Positions 5,826-13,992 of a stretch of DNA of 27,433 bases are shown one piece after another. Within the stretch, counting starts at the first letter, position 1. Every line of letters begins with the position of its first letter. The notes beneath the pieces are model-generated. The model made no database searches and was not told the origin of the DNA. It saw nothing but the letters and a program-made list of their open reading frames with translations. The position numbers and the translations under genes were made by a program. Origin of the DNA: a virus (lineage: Duplodnaviria; Caudoviricetes); IMG/VR virus record IMGVR_UViG_3300032291_003218, positions 1 to 27,433 of that record, one strand, 5' to 3'.

Positions 5826-7630
5826 TATCTAGGGTTTATAAATCCTCGGTTCGGCATATCTATTGGACGTGTCGAAACAAGTGCATTGTTTTTAATTTTG
5901 TAACCGAATTTTTCCGCTTTTCTTACGGCTATTTGTTTTGCGTTTGGACTATTAACGTCTATTCCAAAACGGCTATCGAACTGAGCGTAAACTTGTTTGT
6001 TCCAACGGTGGTGGCAATTTGGACCGCCCTTATACAACCAAATATCGTACGTTAGTGCGCCTTCCTTACCGAAACCGATTGTACGTCCTTCCGCGTTTGT
6101 GTAGAATCCGTTAACTACTGATTTACTCATTCGTAAAATGTCTTCTTTGCGATAAATCTTTTTAGCGCTTTTCATTAACTTACAAAAGGGACGTATTTTA
6201 CCACTTTTACCGCCGTCTTCGCCTTCGTAAACATAACGAGTAATAAACTTAACTCCGTCTATTACTTCGTCTTGCTCGGACTTTGCGTTAGGGAAAGCCA
6301 TTCCCGTGTTTACTAATTCTACCAAACGTGAGAATAAACTTTTTTCGCCTTTAAGCATTTTGTTTTCTTCTTCGTCCGTGTCATAGTCCACTGGTGCTTC
6401 GTCTATTAATAACCAATCTTCTTGGGGTTGTTCTCCGAATTCTTGTAAAGCTAACGCGATTTGTTCTTCTACGCTTTGGGACTTAAGTTCGGTAGCGTCT
6501 GCGCCCGTTTCCTCGGTTACTTGTTCTTCGGTTGTTGCGTTTTCTAAGTCCGTAAATTCAAGTGGTTTTAATGTTCTAAAGAATAACTTTAACGCGATTC
6601 CGTTAAACGCTAAAATTCTATCAAACGCTTCTAAAATTTCATCTTGAAACGGCTTAATAATCATATTATTAAATAGGATAAACGAGTTTTGTAATTCGTC
6701 TGCGTTACTTGAGAATCCGTTAGTTGAAGCAATACCAAAAAGTAAAGGCGAAGTAACGTTATGACCTAACATTATCTTACGTAAGCATTCGTCCGATAAA
6801 TACGTGTAATGGTCGGGTGCGTCATTTAATGGAATATCCTCGACCGTGGTTTTAGATTCCACGTTGGAATTAAACGCAACGATAACTTTTTGACCTTTAG
6901 AACCAGTTAACTTGCTTAATACCTTTTGGCTTATTAAATCTTGTTGTTCTTCCGAAGGAACTCCGTTGTTAAAGTTAACTACTTTAGTTCCTGAAAAGCC
7001 GTTTTGAACTTCGTTTATTAAATAATCGCTTACTTCTTCTTCTAAAACTGCGTAAGGTAGTGCGCCTTGGTAGTCGGGGTAAGCGTAGTATTTCATCCCA
7101 ACCCCATAAGGTTTAACGAACATTATTTCTATTTTTTCTTTTGAGAATCCGAACGCAGGAATCCGCTTAGGTGGAAACTTACGTACTTCCTTCCAATTAT
7201 CCGAATAGTAATATCCCGTTACTTCGCCTTTGTCGTTACATTTTTCAGCGCGTAAAAGATTCACGGGTATATGGTAAGCCTTTAGAATTTTATCGTGCTT
7301 TTCGTTGTAGTGTACTTGAATAGCAAACTGCCCGAAAAGTTTTCTATCGAATACCATTCTACGAACGCAATCCTTACTAAATAAAGTCATCATTTGCGCG
7401 TACTCGTTCGGTTTACGTGAAGCGTCTAAAGCGCTTAGACCTTTGCCGTATATCAAACGAGTAACGTTGTTTATTATCGCGCCGTTTGTCGTTGAATTCG
7501 TGTACCTATCAATTAGGTAATCGAAATAATCGTTATTTTCTCCCCAACCTACCCACGCATCGCGTGAATTTTCTTGTAATACGGGTTGTTGGTATTCCGC
7601 TAATTGTAATACGTGGACGTTATTACTCAT
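5825..7630 (-). CDS. portal protein with C-terminal extension
   Basis: WGENNDY...YTNSTT..AII, PDY, NGFS, H.VTSP.LFGI, I.PFQ portal-like motifs; acidic linker then RPFC...GGPNCHHRW domain. Confidence 0.8.
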   Translation of the reverse strand: MSNNVHVLQLAEYQQPVLQENSRDAWVGWGENNDYFDYLIDRYTNSTTNGAIINNVTRLIYGKGLSALDASRKPNEYAQMMTLFSKDCVRRMVFDRKLFGQFAIQVHYNEKHDKILKAYHIPVNLLRAEKCNDKGEVTGYYYSDNWKEVRKFPPKRIPAFGFSKEKIEIMFVKPYGVGMKYYAYPDYQGALPYAVLEEEVSDYLINEVQNGFSGTKVVNFNNGVPSEEQQDLISQKVLSKLTGSKGQKVIVAFNSNVESKTTVEDIPLNDAPDHYTYLSDECLRKIMLGHNVTSPLLFGIASTNGFSSNADELQNSFILFNNMIIKPFQDEILEAFDRILAFNGIALKLFFRTLKPLEFTDLENATTEEQVTEETGADATELKSQSVEEQIALALQEFGEQPQEDWLLIDEAPVDYDTDEEENKMLKGEKSLFSRLVELVNTGMAFPNAKSEQDEVIDGVKFITRYVYEGEDGGKSGKIRPFCKLMKSAKKIYRKEDILRMSKSVVNGFYTNAEGRTIGFGKEGALTYDIWLYKGGPNCHHRWNKQVYAQFDSRFGIDVNSPNAKQIAVRKAEKFGYKIKNNALVSTRPIDMPNRGFINPR

Positions 7631-7955
7631 ACATTATAAAATCGTTAATTGTTTGGTTGCTTATGTATTGCCCGTCGTTAACCGAGAATGTGTTTATCGG
7701 TTGGTTAGTGCAAAACATACGCTCTTTTAATAGTAGGTTTCCGCTTCCGTCTTTAATGACAACCCAGTAAAATTGGTTTTCTTCGGTGGGTAAAACTCCA
7801 CTAAAGTTGTAAACGTAATCCCCTGCGGTAAACGTTCCTGCAACTATTTGAGTTGTATTTGTGTTTTCGCCAGTTAACTCCAACGTTACGGGAGTTCCGT
7901 ATCTTGGAATAAAGTTAAAGGTTTGGCTTACGTTAGTTTCGTTAACTACTATCAT
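7623..7955 (-). CDS. hypothetical structural protein (start revised to 7955, MIVVNET...)
   Basis: Track start 8030 reads through a terminator; ATG 7955 follows the late promoter motif. Confidence 0.7.
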   Translation of the reverse strand: MIVVNETNVSQTFNFIPRYGTPVTLELTGENTNTTQIVAGTFTAGDYVYNFSGVLPTEENQFYWVVIKDGSGNLLLKERMFCTNQPINTFSVNDGQYISNQTINDFIMYE

Positions 7956-7988
7956 ATTATTATAACTCCTAATCCGTGTTTTTGTGCA
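7956..7988 (-). promoter_or_regulatory. candidate late promoter
   Basis: TGC-ACAAAAACACGGATTAGGAGTTATAATAAT-ATG. Confidence 0.65.
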
Positions 7989-7989
7989 T

Positions 7990-8013
7990 AAAAAAAGGGG
8001 TGTTGCCACCCCC
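7990..8013 (-). terminator. intrinsic terminator after tail tube gene
   Basis: GGGGTG-GCAA-CACCCC-T7. Confidence 0.85.
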
Positions 8014-8035
8014 TTAACGTTATGAAACAAAGTTC

Positions 8036-8596
8036 TTAAGAATTAACTACCGTTGGGTTGTTCAATAAAGCAACTAATTGCGCTTCAGTTGCGCAATCCA
8101 AGAAGTTAGCAGGGGTTGCTTCTTGACCCGTGAAAGTCAAAGAATAACCGTTCATATCTCCTAACGCAGTTCCGTTTGAGATAGTACCCGCAGTTACGTC
8201 CATTCCTCGCAATAAACCTGCGATAAAGTATTGTCCCGCGTTTGTCTCTACAATAATGTTAGGACGTCCGTAAGATAATAATTTAACTTGTTTGTGAGTA
8301 ATCGCGTCTTGCTTTTTAAGTTGAACGCTTAATACTTGTTCGAAGAACGTAGTTCCGTTTTCACGTGAACTTGTAATAGTTGTTTCGAACGAGTTTGTAC
8401 CCTTTAATTCGAATTTGTAAATTGAACTTAAAGCAGGCAAAGAAATCGCGTTAATAACGTCTTCTAATCCTACCCCTGTATCGTAAGTAATATCGGTTTC
8501 ATCGTAAAGTCCATAATTAAGTACGTAAAGGTTTTTTAATCCGCCTACTACGTCTTTACAAGGCTCTAATCTACCGTGTGAAATATCGCAACTCAT
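8036..8596 (-). CDS. putative major tail tube protein
   Basis: MSC....GR.EPCKD.VGG, SRENGTTFFEQ, GD.NGY.LTF.G.E; beta-rich 186 aa; followed by terminator. Confidence 0.65.
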   Translation of the reverse strand: MSCDISHGRLEPCKDVVGGLKNLYVLNYGLYDETDITYDTGVGLEDVINAISLPALSSIYKFELKGTNSFETTITSSRENGTTFFEQVLSVQLKKQDAITHKQVKLLSYGRPNIIVETNAGQYFIAGLLRGMDVTAGTISNGTALGDMNGYSLTFTGQEATPANFLDCATEAQLVALLNNPTVVNS

Positions 8597-8618
8597 TTTA
8601 TTTTAGTTTTTTAATGTT

Positions 8619-8652
8619 AAAAAAAAGGGTGGCAGTTTTATCCACCACCCTT
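8619..8652 (-). terminator. intrinsic terminator after major capsid gene
   Basis: GGGTGG...CCACCC stem followed by T8. Confidence 0.8.
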
Positions 8653-8670
8653 AAATATAGTGGTTAGTTA

Positions 8671-9603
8671 TTATCCGTAAATTACGATATCTTCAATAAC
8701 TCCGTATTGCGTACCCGCAGCCATTCGCATAACTACACGAACGTTGTCATCTCCTAAAGTAGCCGAAGTGTCAATTACTCTAACTTCTTGCGTGTCGCTC
8801 AATAAAGAACAACCAAAGTAAAGGTTTGAAGTAGTTGTAGCCATCATTGAAGAAGTTGGTAATCCGTTAGCCATAAACAAAGGAAGACCGTTGAAAGTAA
8901 CCGCGCCGTTGTTGTACCACATAGTTCCTTGAGCGTTAACACCCGAGTTTGACGTAGCCAAAACTGAGAATCCACCTAATGCAGCAACATAAGCCTTAAG
9001 AACGTCTTGAGAAACGTAAATTTTAAGGTCTGGCTTTCCGTAAAGGGTTGCAGGAATTGCGTTGTAAACTGATTGTAATGCAGCGATAACGTTACCCGCG
9101 TTAATAGTACCACCCGCGATATTTTGTGCTGGTGGTAAGTTAAGGTCTGCTTGAGCGGTTGTAAATAACCCGTCAAATTGTCCTGATATGGAAGAAGAAC
9201 CTTGCCAAATAGAAATCTCGTTAGCGGCTGCAACTTTTTCAGCGGCATAAGCGATTAAATAATCGGAAAAAGACTTAGGCAAAGTGTCGAAAGAAGAATA
9301 ACCCATTTCGATAGATTGCCAAGTTGAGTGAAACTCGGACTTACAAAAAGTCATATTAACTTGTAAGTCTTTAACTTGTAATACACGCTCGGTTAAGTCA
9401 ACCGTTCCAATCGGAGTAAAGTCGCAAGAAGCGTCTTTTAAGAAATCCGTTGTCTCAAGTCGTTGGATAACGGCTTTGTATTTTACGTTAGGCATAACGG
9501 TTACACCGCCACCCTCGATAGTTGGTGCGCTTAATAAAGCGGCTGAAACGTACTTACCTGCCCACTGACCTGCGTACGAAGTAGTAATAGTTGGATTTGG
9601 CAT
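8671..9603 (-). CDS. major capsid protein
   Basis: 310 aa after scaffold; PNVKYK, CDFT..GT..LTER.L, IWQG...FDG motifs; followed by terminator. Confidence 0.8.
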   Translation of the reverse strand: MPNPTITTSYAGQWAGKYVSAALLSAPTIEGGGVTVMPNVKYKAVIQRLETTDFLKDASCDFTPIGTVDLTERVLQVKDLQVNMTFCKSEFHSTWQSIEMGYSSFDTLPKSFSDYLIAYAAEKVAAANEISIWQGSSSISGQFDGLFTTAQADLNLPPAQNIAGGTINAGNVIAALQSVYNAIPATLYGKPDLKIYVSQDVLKAYVAALGGFSVLATSNSGVNAQGTMWYNNGAVTFNGLPLFMANGLPTSSMMATTTSNLYFGCSLLSDTQEVRVIDTSATLGDDNVRVVMRMAAGTQYGVIEDIVIYG

Positions 9604-9618
9604 TTTTTTTTAATTTAA

Positions 9619-10218
9619 TTATTTATACATTTTGTTTAATACGGAATCCATTATTCCGCGTGGTGCTTTTTTACCGATTTTAACGAATTCGGTTTTAGAT
9701 TCGTTTTCAGGGTTAAAAGAAATTGGCTCGGGTGTTTCAAAAAGTTCGGTCTTTTCTTCTACGACTTCGGCAACTTTTGAAAGTTTAGCTAACTCAACTT
9801 TTAACGCTTCGTTTTCTTCTTTTAGTTTTTCCATTTCGCTAAAGAATGTTTCTTTAACTATGGATTCGATTGTTTTTTTAGGATTAGATACGGGTGCGCT
9901 CATTTCTTCCTCGGGCATTGCTTCGGTAGTTTCCTCTTTTACTTCTTCTTCAACTTCCTCTACTTCTTCTTCCTTTTCTTTAACTTCGGAAATAATACCT
10001 TCTTCAACGATAACAAGAATACGTCCGTCTTCTAATTCGTATTCTCCAACGGGAACGGCTATCTTTTGTTCGTCTTCAGTTACGACAAAAACTTCTTTTC
10101 CTGCCTCGAATGTATCCGCTTCGATTTTGGTAACTCCGTCGCCCATAAGCATTTGTTCTAACTTAATTTCGTTAGATAACAACGCTTTTATTTTTTCTAG
10201 TAGTGTGCTATTTTTCAT
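9619..10218 (-). CDS. capsid scaffolding protein (putative)
   Basis: Very acidic, P.GEYELEDG..L.V.EEG.I motif, coiled-coil segment, directly upstream of capsid. Confidence 0.7.
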   Translation of the reverse strand: MKNSTLLEKIKALLSNEIKLEQMLMGDGVTKIEADTFEAGKEVFVVTEDEQKIAVPVGEYELEDGRILVIVEEGIISEVKEKEEEVEEVEEEVKEETTEAMPEEEMSAPVSNPKKTIESIVKETFFSEMEKLKEENEALKVELAKLSKVAEVVEEKTELFETPEPISFNPENESKTEFVKIGKKAPRGIMDSVLNKMYK

Positions 10219-10224
10219 TTGTGT

Positions 10225-10569
10225 TTATTTTAATTTATCTATATCCAATTTTAAGGCTTTGAACATATCGTTAGCCATTTTTCTTTTATTGTTAAATATC
10301 TTAACGGTATTATCGTCTCCGATTTCTTTGGCTATTGGTAAATACTTATCGCATAAATCAATAATCAATTTGTATTTATTTTGTGCGTTAATAAAGTTTT
10401 GTTTAGCTTCGTTTTTTAATGCAATAGCCTTATCCATAAAAGCGTTTGGTTCTAATTCCGCTTTTCTAATTTCTTCCAAAGCATTTAATTGAACTTCGTG
10501 TTTTCCTAACTCAACTTTTTTAGCTTGGATTTCGTCCGCCTTGTTGATTTTGTCTAAAATTGTTTTCAT
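10225..10569 (-). CDS. hypothetical helical protein, head module
   Basis: 114-aa ORF preceded by late promoter motif. Confidence 0.75.
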   Translation of the reverse strand: MKTILDKINKADEIQAKKVELGKHEVQLNALEEIRKAELEPNAFMDKAIALKNEAKQNFINAQNKYKLIIDLCDKYLPIAKEIGDDNTVKIFNNKRKMANDMFKALKLDIDKLK

Positions 10570-10603
10570 ATTATTATAATTAAAGGTTAAAAGTTTTGTT
10601 GCA
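10570..10603 (-). promoter_or_regulatory. candidate late promoter
   Basis: TGCA-ACAAAACTTTTAACCTTTAATTATAATAAT-ATG. Confidence 0.65.
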
Positions 10604-10608
10604 TTTTG

Positions 10609-10791
10609 TTATGGCTTCGGATACCAAAGCGGTGGCGGGGGAACGGGATTCGGTGGAGTTACGTCGCTTCCTATTCCTTGGTTTTGTAGTTCGCCCGTGC
10701 AACACTTTGAGTTATAGGTGTTGTTCTTGCATAAGCAACCACGCTTACCACCTCGCGGACTATTTCTTATTTCTTGTCTTCGTGCCTTCAT
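10609..10791 (-). CDS. small Cys-rich protein
   Basis: GCLC...KCC.G.LQ.QGIG; Pro-rich tail. Confidence 0.7.
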   Translation of the reverse strand: MKARRQEIRNSPRGGKRGCLCKNNTYNSKCCTGELQNQGIGSDVTPPNPVPPPPLWYPKP

Positions 10792-11369
10792 TTTATGCCT
10801 AATAAGTTTTTAAGTTCGTTTACTATTTCCGTGGCTTCGTGTTCTTCCGAACTCATTTCAAATTTATCCGCAAAGTAACCCTCGATAGAAAATCCTTTTA
10901 CTTTGCCTTCTTTAACATCGTTCCAAACTTCGTCGTTGTTTACTTTCATCGAAATCATCCACGTACCTTTTGGTAGTTTGAATCCGTATAAATTTGATTT
11001 GTCCTTTTTTTCGTCTTCTATTATCCAACTTTCAACAACGCTTAAACCCTTTAACTTTTTTTCGTGTTCGTAAGTTGCGTTATTTTGGTTCGAGCGCATT
11101 AAAAATAATTCACTGGCTTTGCGAATTGTATCTTCGGAAAAGTAAATATAGTATTCTTCGTTCTTTGCGTTGCGTCGGTAAATTTGTTTATTTGGAACTA
11201 AAGCCGCACCCATTAAAATACGTTTCTCGGTGTCAACTTCTTTAAGTTCGATTTCGTGTTTATTTAAGGCTACAAAGTTTTCTTCGATTGCAGGGGAATG
11301 CACTACGCTTACTGCCTCAATTCCACTCATTTCGTCGTTTTCGTCTATAATTAATTCGATAATTCTCAT
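10788..11369 (-). CDS. prohead serine protease, XkdF-like
   Basis: S.V..PAIE, L.G.AL.P...IYR, EH, VESW, GTW, KGFSIEG motifs. Confidence 0.8.
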   Translation of the reverse strand: MRIIELIIDENDEMSGIEAVSVVHSPAIEENFVALNKHEIELKEVDTEKRILMGAALVPNKQIYRRNAKNEEYYIYFSEDTIRKASELFLMRSNQNNATYEHEKKLKGLSVVESWIIEDEKKDKSNLYGFKLPKGTWMISMKVNNDEVWNDVKEGKVKGFSIEGYFADKFEMSSEEHEATEIVNELKNLLGIK

Positions 11370-11402
11370 AACTTAATAATTTATTTTTGGTTAAAGTGTT
11401 GC
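11370..11402 (-). promoter_or_regulatory. candidate late promoter
   Basis: GCA-ACACTTTAACCAAAAATAAATTATTAAGTT-ATG. Confidence 0.55.
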
Positions 11403-13835
11403 GTTTTGTATTCGGTTACGGTCTAAACTTTGCGCCGTTGTTACTTGTCCACTAACTACGTACGCTTGGGTAGGTTGTTGTTGAAGTTGCGAAAGTTGGT
11501 TTAGTCCGTTATTACCTACGACATTAAACGAAGGCGCTTGAGTTCCGCCCGACATACCACCGCCACCACCTTCGGAAGCGCCACCACCACCCGCAGTTGA
11601 ACCACCACCCTCGAACTTTTGCGACGCGATTTTAGCAACCCCCGCTAATCCACTGGCAACGGCTATGGCTGCGGCTACACCACCACGAACGGGAGAAGAA
11701 GGGTCGGGAACGGGTGTAAACTGCGATAAATAAGCCGAACGAGCGCTTAAAAATGTGTCAATTAATGCCGAAGCAATACTAGCAGCCTTCTTAACTTGGA
11801 ACGCTTTTTTGGCTTGTTTTTCTCCCTTCTTACCAAATAATTCCGTAAGGTCGGAAATTAAAGTTAGTCCTTGTTTTGCTAAATCCGCGTCTCGTTTAAT
11901 GGCTTCTTCTTTACGTGCTTTTTCTTGGTCTGCGTATTTCTTGTTTATATCCTCAAGTTCGCGCCCTTTGGCTTCAGCTATGGTTTTTTCTGCGTCTGCG
12001 TTACCCTGCGCCATTCGTTGCATTTCTGCGTACTTTTCTTCGAGTAAGTAAAGTTCTTTTGCTTGGTCGCTTAAACTGGCTTGGTAGTTTAATTCTTGTA
12101 AATTTTCAACTTGGTTTAAGAAATCTTCTTGTCTTTTCTTTTCTTCGTCTTTAATCTTCTTTTGGAAATCTTGAGTGCGCTTTAATACTTCGGCTTGGTG
12201 TTTTTCGTCTATTGCTAACAAGTCCTTATTCAAAAGGTCTTTAGCGTTAACAAGTATTTGTCGTTCCTGTTCGGTTAGTTTAGATTCCGCGTTTACCCTT
12301 AGCGCTTCGAGTTGTTTGTTATATTCTTCGCGACTTATTTTGCCTGATTCGTATTGTTTGTTTAATGCTTCTTGTTCGTCTGCTATCCGTTCTTTTAGGA
12401 AGTTGTCTCGGTAATCGTTATAAGCGTCTTGGCGAAGTGCTTTTTCTTTAGCTATTCCGTCTTCCATTAACGCGAGTTTTTGGTTTTCGGCTTCTTCTTC
12501 TAATTTGCTTTGGTCTTCGTATTGTTTCTTAAGGTTGTCTATGTAAGCCTTTCGACTTTGTTCCGCGTTTTGCTTTGCCTTATCCCCCGCTTGTTTGGCT
12601 TTGTCCGCCATTTCCTTTTGGTGTTCGGCTTCCATTATCTTAATAGCGTGGTTCGTGTCTACGTTGTCTTTATAAGTTTCGTCCATTATTGCACGAACTC
12701 CGTCCGCTCGTTTTTTCAACGCTTTGTATCGGTCGGAATCTTGGTCTTCGGTTGCTAAAAGTAAATCCATTTCGGCTTTGATTGCCTTCATTTTAGATTT
12801 TTGAACTTCTAAATAAACGCGCCCACTTGCTAAATGCGCTTTAGCCTTGGATAGTTCCATTTCGTAGGTGGCTTTTCCTGAAGCCTTTGCTAATTCTATT
12901 TCGCGTTGTGCCTTAAGGTCGTTTTGAGTTTGTTCTTTTTTAATTGCTTTCGCTCGTTTATCCGCTCCTTTTATAACCGCTTCAGTATGGTCGTGCGCGT
13001 TCTTCTTTGCTTTCGCCGTTTGAACATCGTCAACGACACCGAAATACTCAAGCGCCTTAACTACTCCGTAAATAACACCGACTATTGGAAACATTACGGA
13101 TATTAAAATTTTTGCGCCCGTGCCTAATTTCTCAAACTTTTCACGCGCCCACATTACCGCTGCGGCCACCTTGTCAAAATTGGCAATAAGCAAACCAACT
13201 GCCACAACGATAGCGCCAATTCCCGTAGCAATTAAAGCAATCCTAAATAATTTCATCGCGTTACTCGCTACTCCCGTGGAAACGGCTACTCCCGTTTGAG
13301 CCGTGGCTAACCCTGTTGAAGCAATCGCCTGCGCTCCCGTTGTTGCTACGTTTACTTTATCAACCGCCGCGCCTGCTGCCGTTACGGCATTCTTTTTGAA
13401 TAATCCTAGAACAACGTCTTTAACTACCGTTCCAAGTTGCTTAAATGAATCCTTTGCTTCGAGTACACCCTGAATCCCTTGCGAAAAAGCCATAGCGCTT
13501 TGAACGCGTAACATTGCTTCTTGTACCGCTTCGCCTTCAACACCGATTAAACCTAAACCACCCTCAACCGCTTGGAATCCGTCAAGAACTCCACCGAACG
13601 ACTTACTTAACGCGTTAAATTTTCCGTCGGGGTTAAATGAGTTTACCATATCGTTTGTAAATCCGATTTGGTCTTTAAGTTCTGCGGCTGCCTTTGCTGC
13701 CCGTATTGCTTCGTCCGACGTTTCTCCGTAGGCTGCGGAAACTCGTTGAAGTTCTACAACCGCTTCTTTATATTGCGCCTTTAGACTTTTTACGTTGTCT
13801 TTTACTTCAAGTTCTATCGTTCGTTTTTCCGCCAT
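11391..13835 (-). CDS. tape measure protein
   Basis: 814 aa, Ala-rich helical, ATGIGAIVVAVGLLIANFD hydrophobic segment, long coiled coil, Gly-rich C-terminus. Confidence 0.85.
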   Translation of the reverse strand: MAEKRTIELEVKDNVKSLKAQYKEAVVELQRVSAAYGETSDEAIRAAKAAAELKDQIGFTNDMVNSFNPDGKFNALSKSFGGVLDGFQAVEGGLGLIGVEGEAVQEAMLRVQSAMAFSQGIQGVLEAKDSFKQLGTVVKDVVLGLFKKNAVTAAGAAVDKVNVATTGAQAIASTGLATAQTGVAVSTGVASNAMKLFRIALIATGIGAIVVAVGLLIANFDKVAAAVMWAREKFEKLGTGAKILISVMFPIVGVIYGVVKALEYFGVVDDVQTAKAKKNAHDHTEAVIKGADKRAKAIKKEQTQNDLKAQREIELAKASGKATYEMELSKAKAHLASGRVYLEVQKSKMKAIKAEMDLLLATEDQDSDRYKALKKRADGVRAIMDETYKDNVDTNHAIKIMEAEHQKEMADKAKQAGDKAKQNAEQSRKAYIDNLKKQYEDQSKLEEEAENQKLALMEDGIAKEKALRQDAYNDYRDNFLKERIADEQEALNKQYESGKISREEYNKQLEALRVNAESKLTEQERQILVNAKDLLNKDLLAIDEKHQAEVLKRTQDFQKKIKDEEKKRQEDFLNQVENLQELNYQASLSDQAKELYLLEEKYAEMQRMAQGNADAEKTIAEAKGRELEDINKKYADQEKARKEEAIKRDADLAKQGLTLISDLTELFGKKGEKQAKKAFQVKKAASIASALIDTFLSARSAYLSQFTPVPDPSSPVRGGVAAAIAVASGLAGVAKIASQKFEGGGSTAGGGGASEGGGGGMSGGTQAPSFNVVGNNGLNQLSQLQQQPTQAYVVSGQVTTAQSLDRNRIQNATL

Positions 13836-13992
13836 TTTTTTCTAGTTTCTTTATTAATAACTCCCGAAGCATTTGTTTGTACGCGGGTTTAATTTTGTCG
13901 TGTAGTTTGTATTTACCTTTTGCGATTTCGATATATTCGTGTTCACCTACGAATTCCGCTACCTGCAAAAGTTGTACTATTTGGTTTATCAT
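13807..13992 (-). CDS. hypothetical protein
   Basis: 61-aa ORF, ATGA-coupled, IEIAKGKYKL motif. Confidence 0.7.
   Translation of the reverse strand: MINQIVQLLQVAEFVGEHEYIEIAKGKYKLHDKIKPAYKQMLRELLIKKLEKNGGKTNDRT

Noticed and set aside
7956-8030. Track N-terminal extensions (also 1331-1366, 22345-22371, 24659-24688, 24902-24928)
   Set aside because: They run through terminators, promoters, hairpins or an upstream gene; downstream ATGs have better context.
8976-9248. Alternate-frame minus ORF inside the capsid gene
   Set aside because: No slippery site or initiation context noticed; Leu-rich off-frame composition.
9632-10492. 286-aa plus-strand ORF
   Set aside because: Ser/Phe-rich antisense shadow of the Glu/Lys-rich scaffold and neighbouring gene; no plus-strand expression signals seen.
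11548-11612. CCACCA repeats
   Set aside because: Explained by the Gly-rich linker of the tape measure protein.
13491-13500. CATAGCG inside the tape measure gene
   Set aside because: Internal Met (SAM) lacking the AAAAC part; likely chance.
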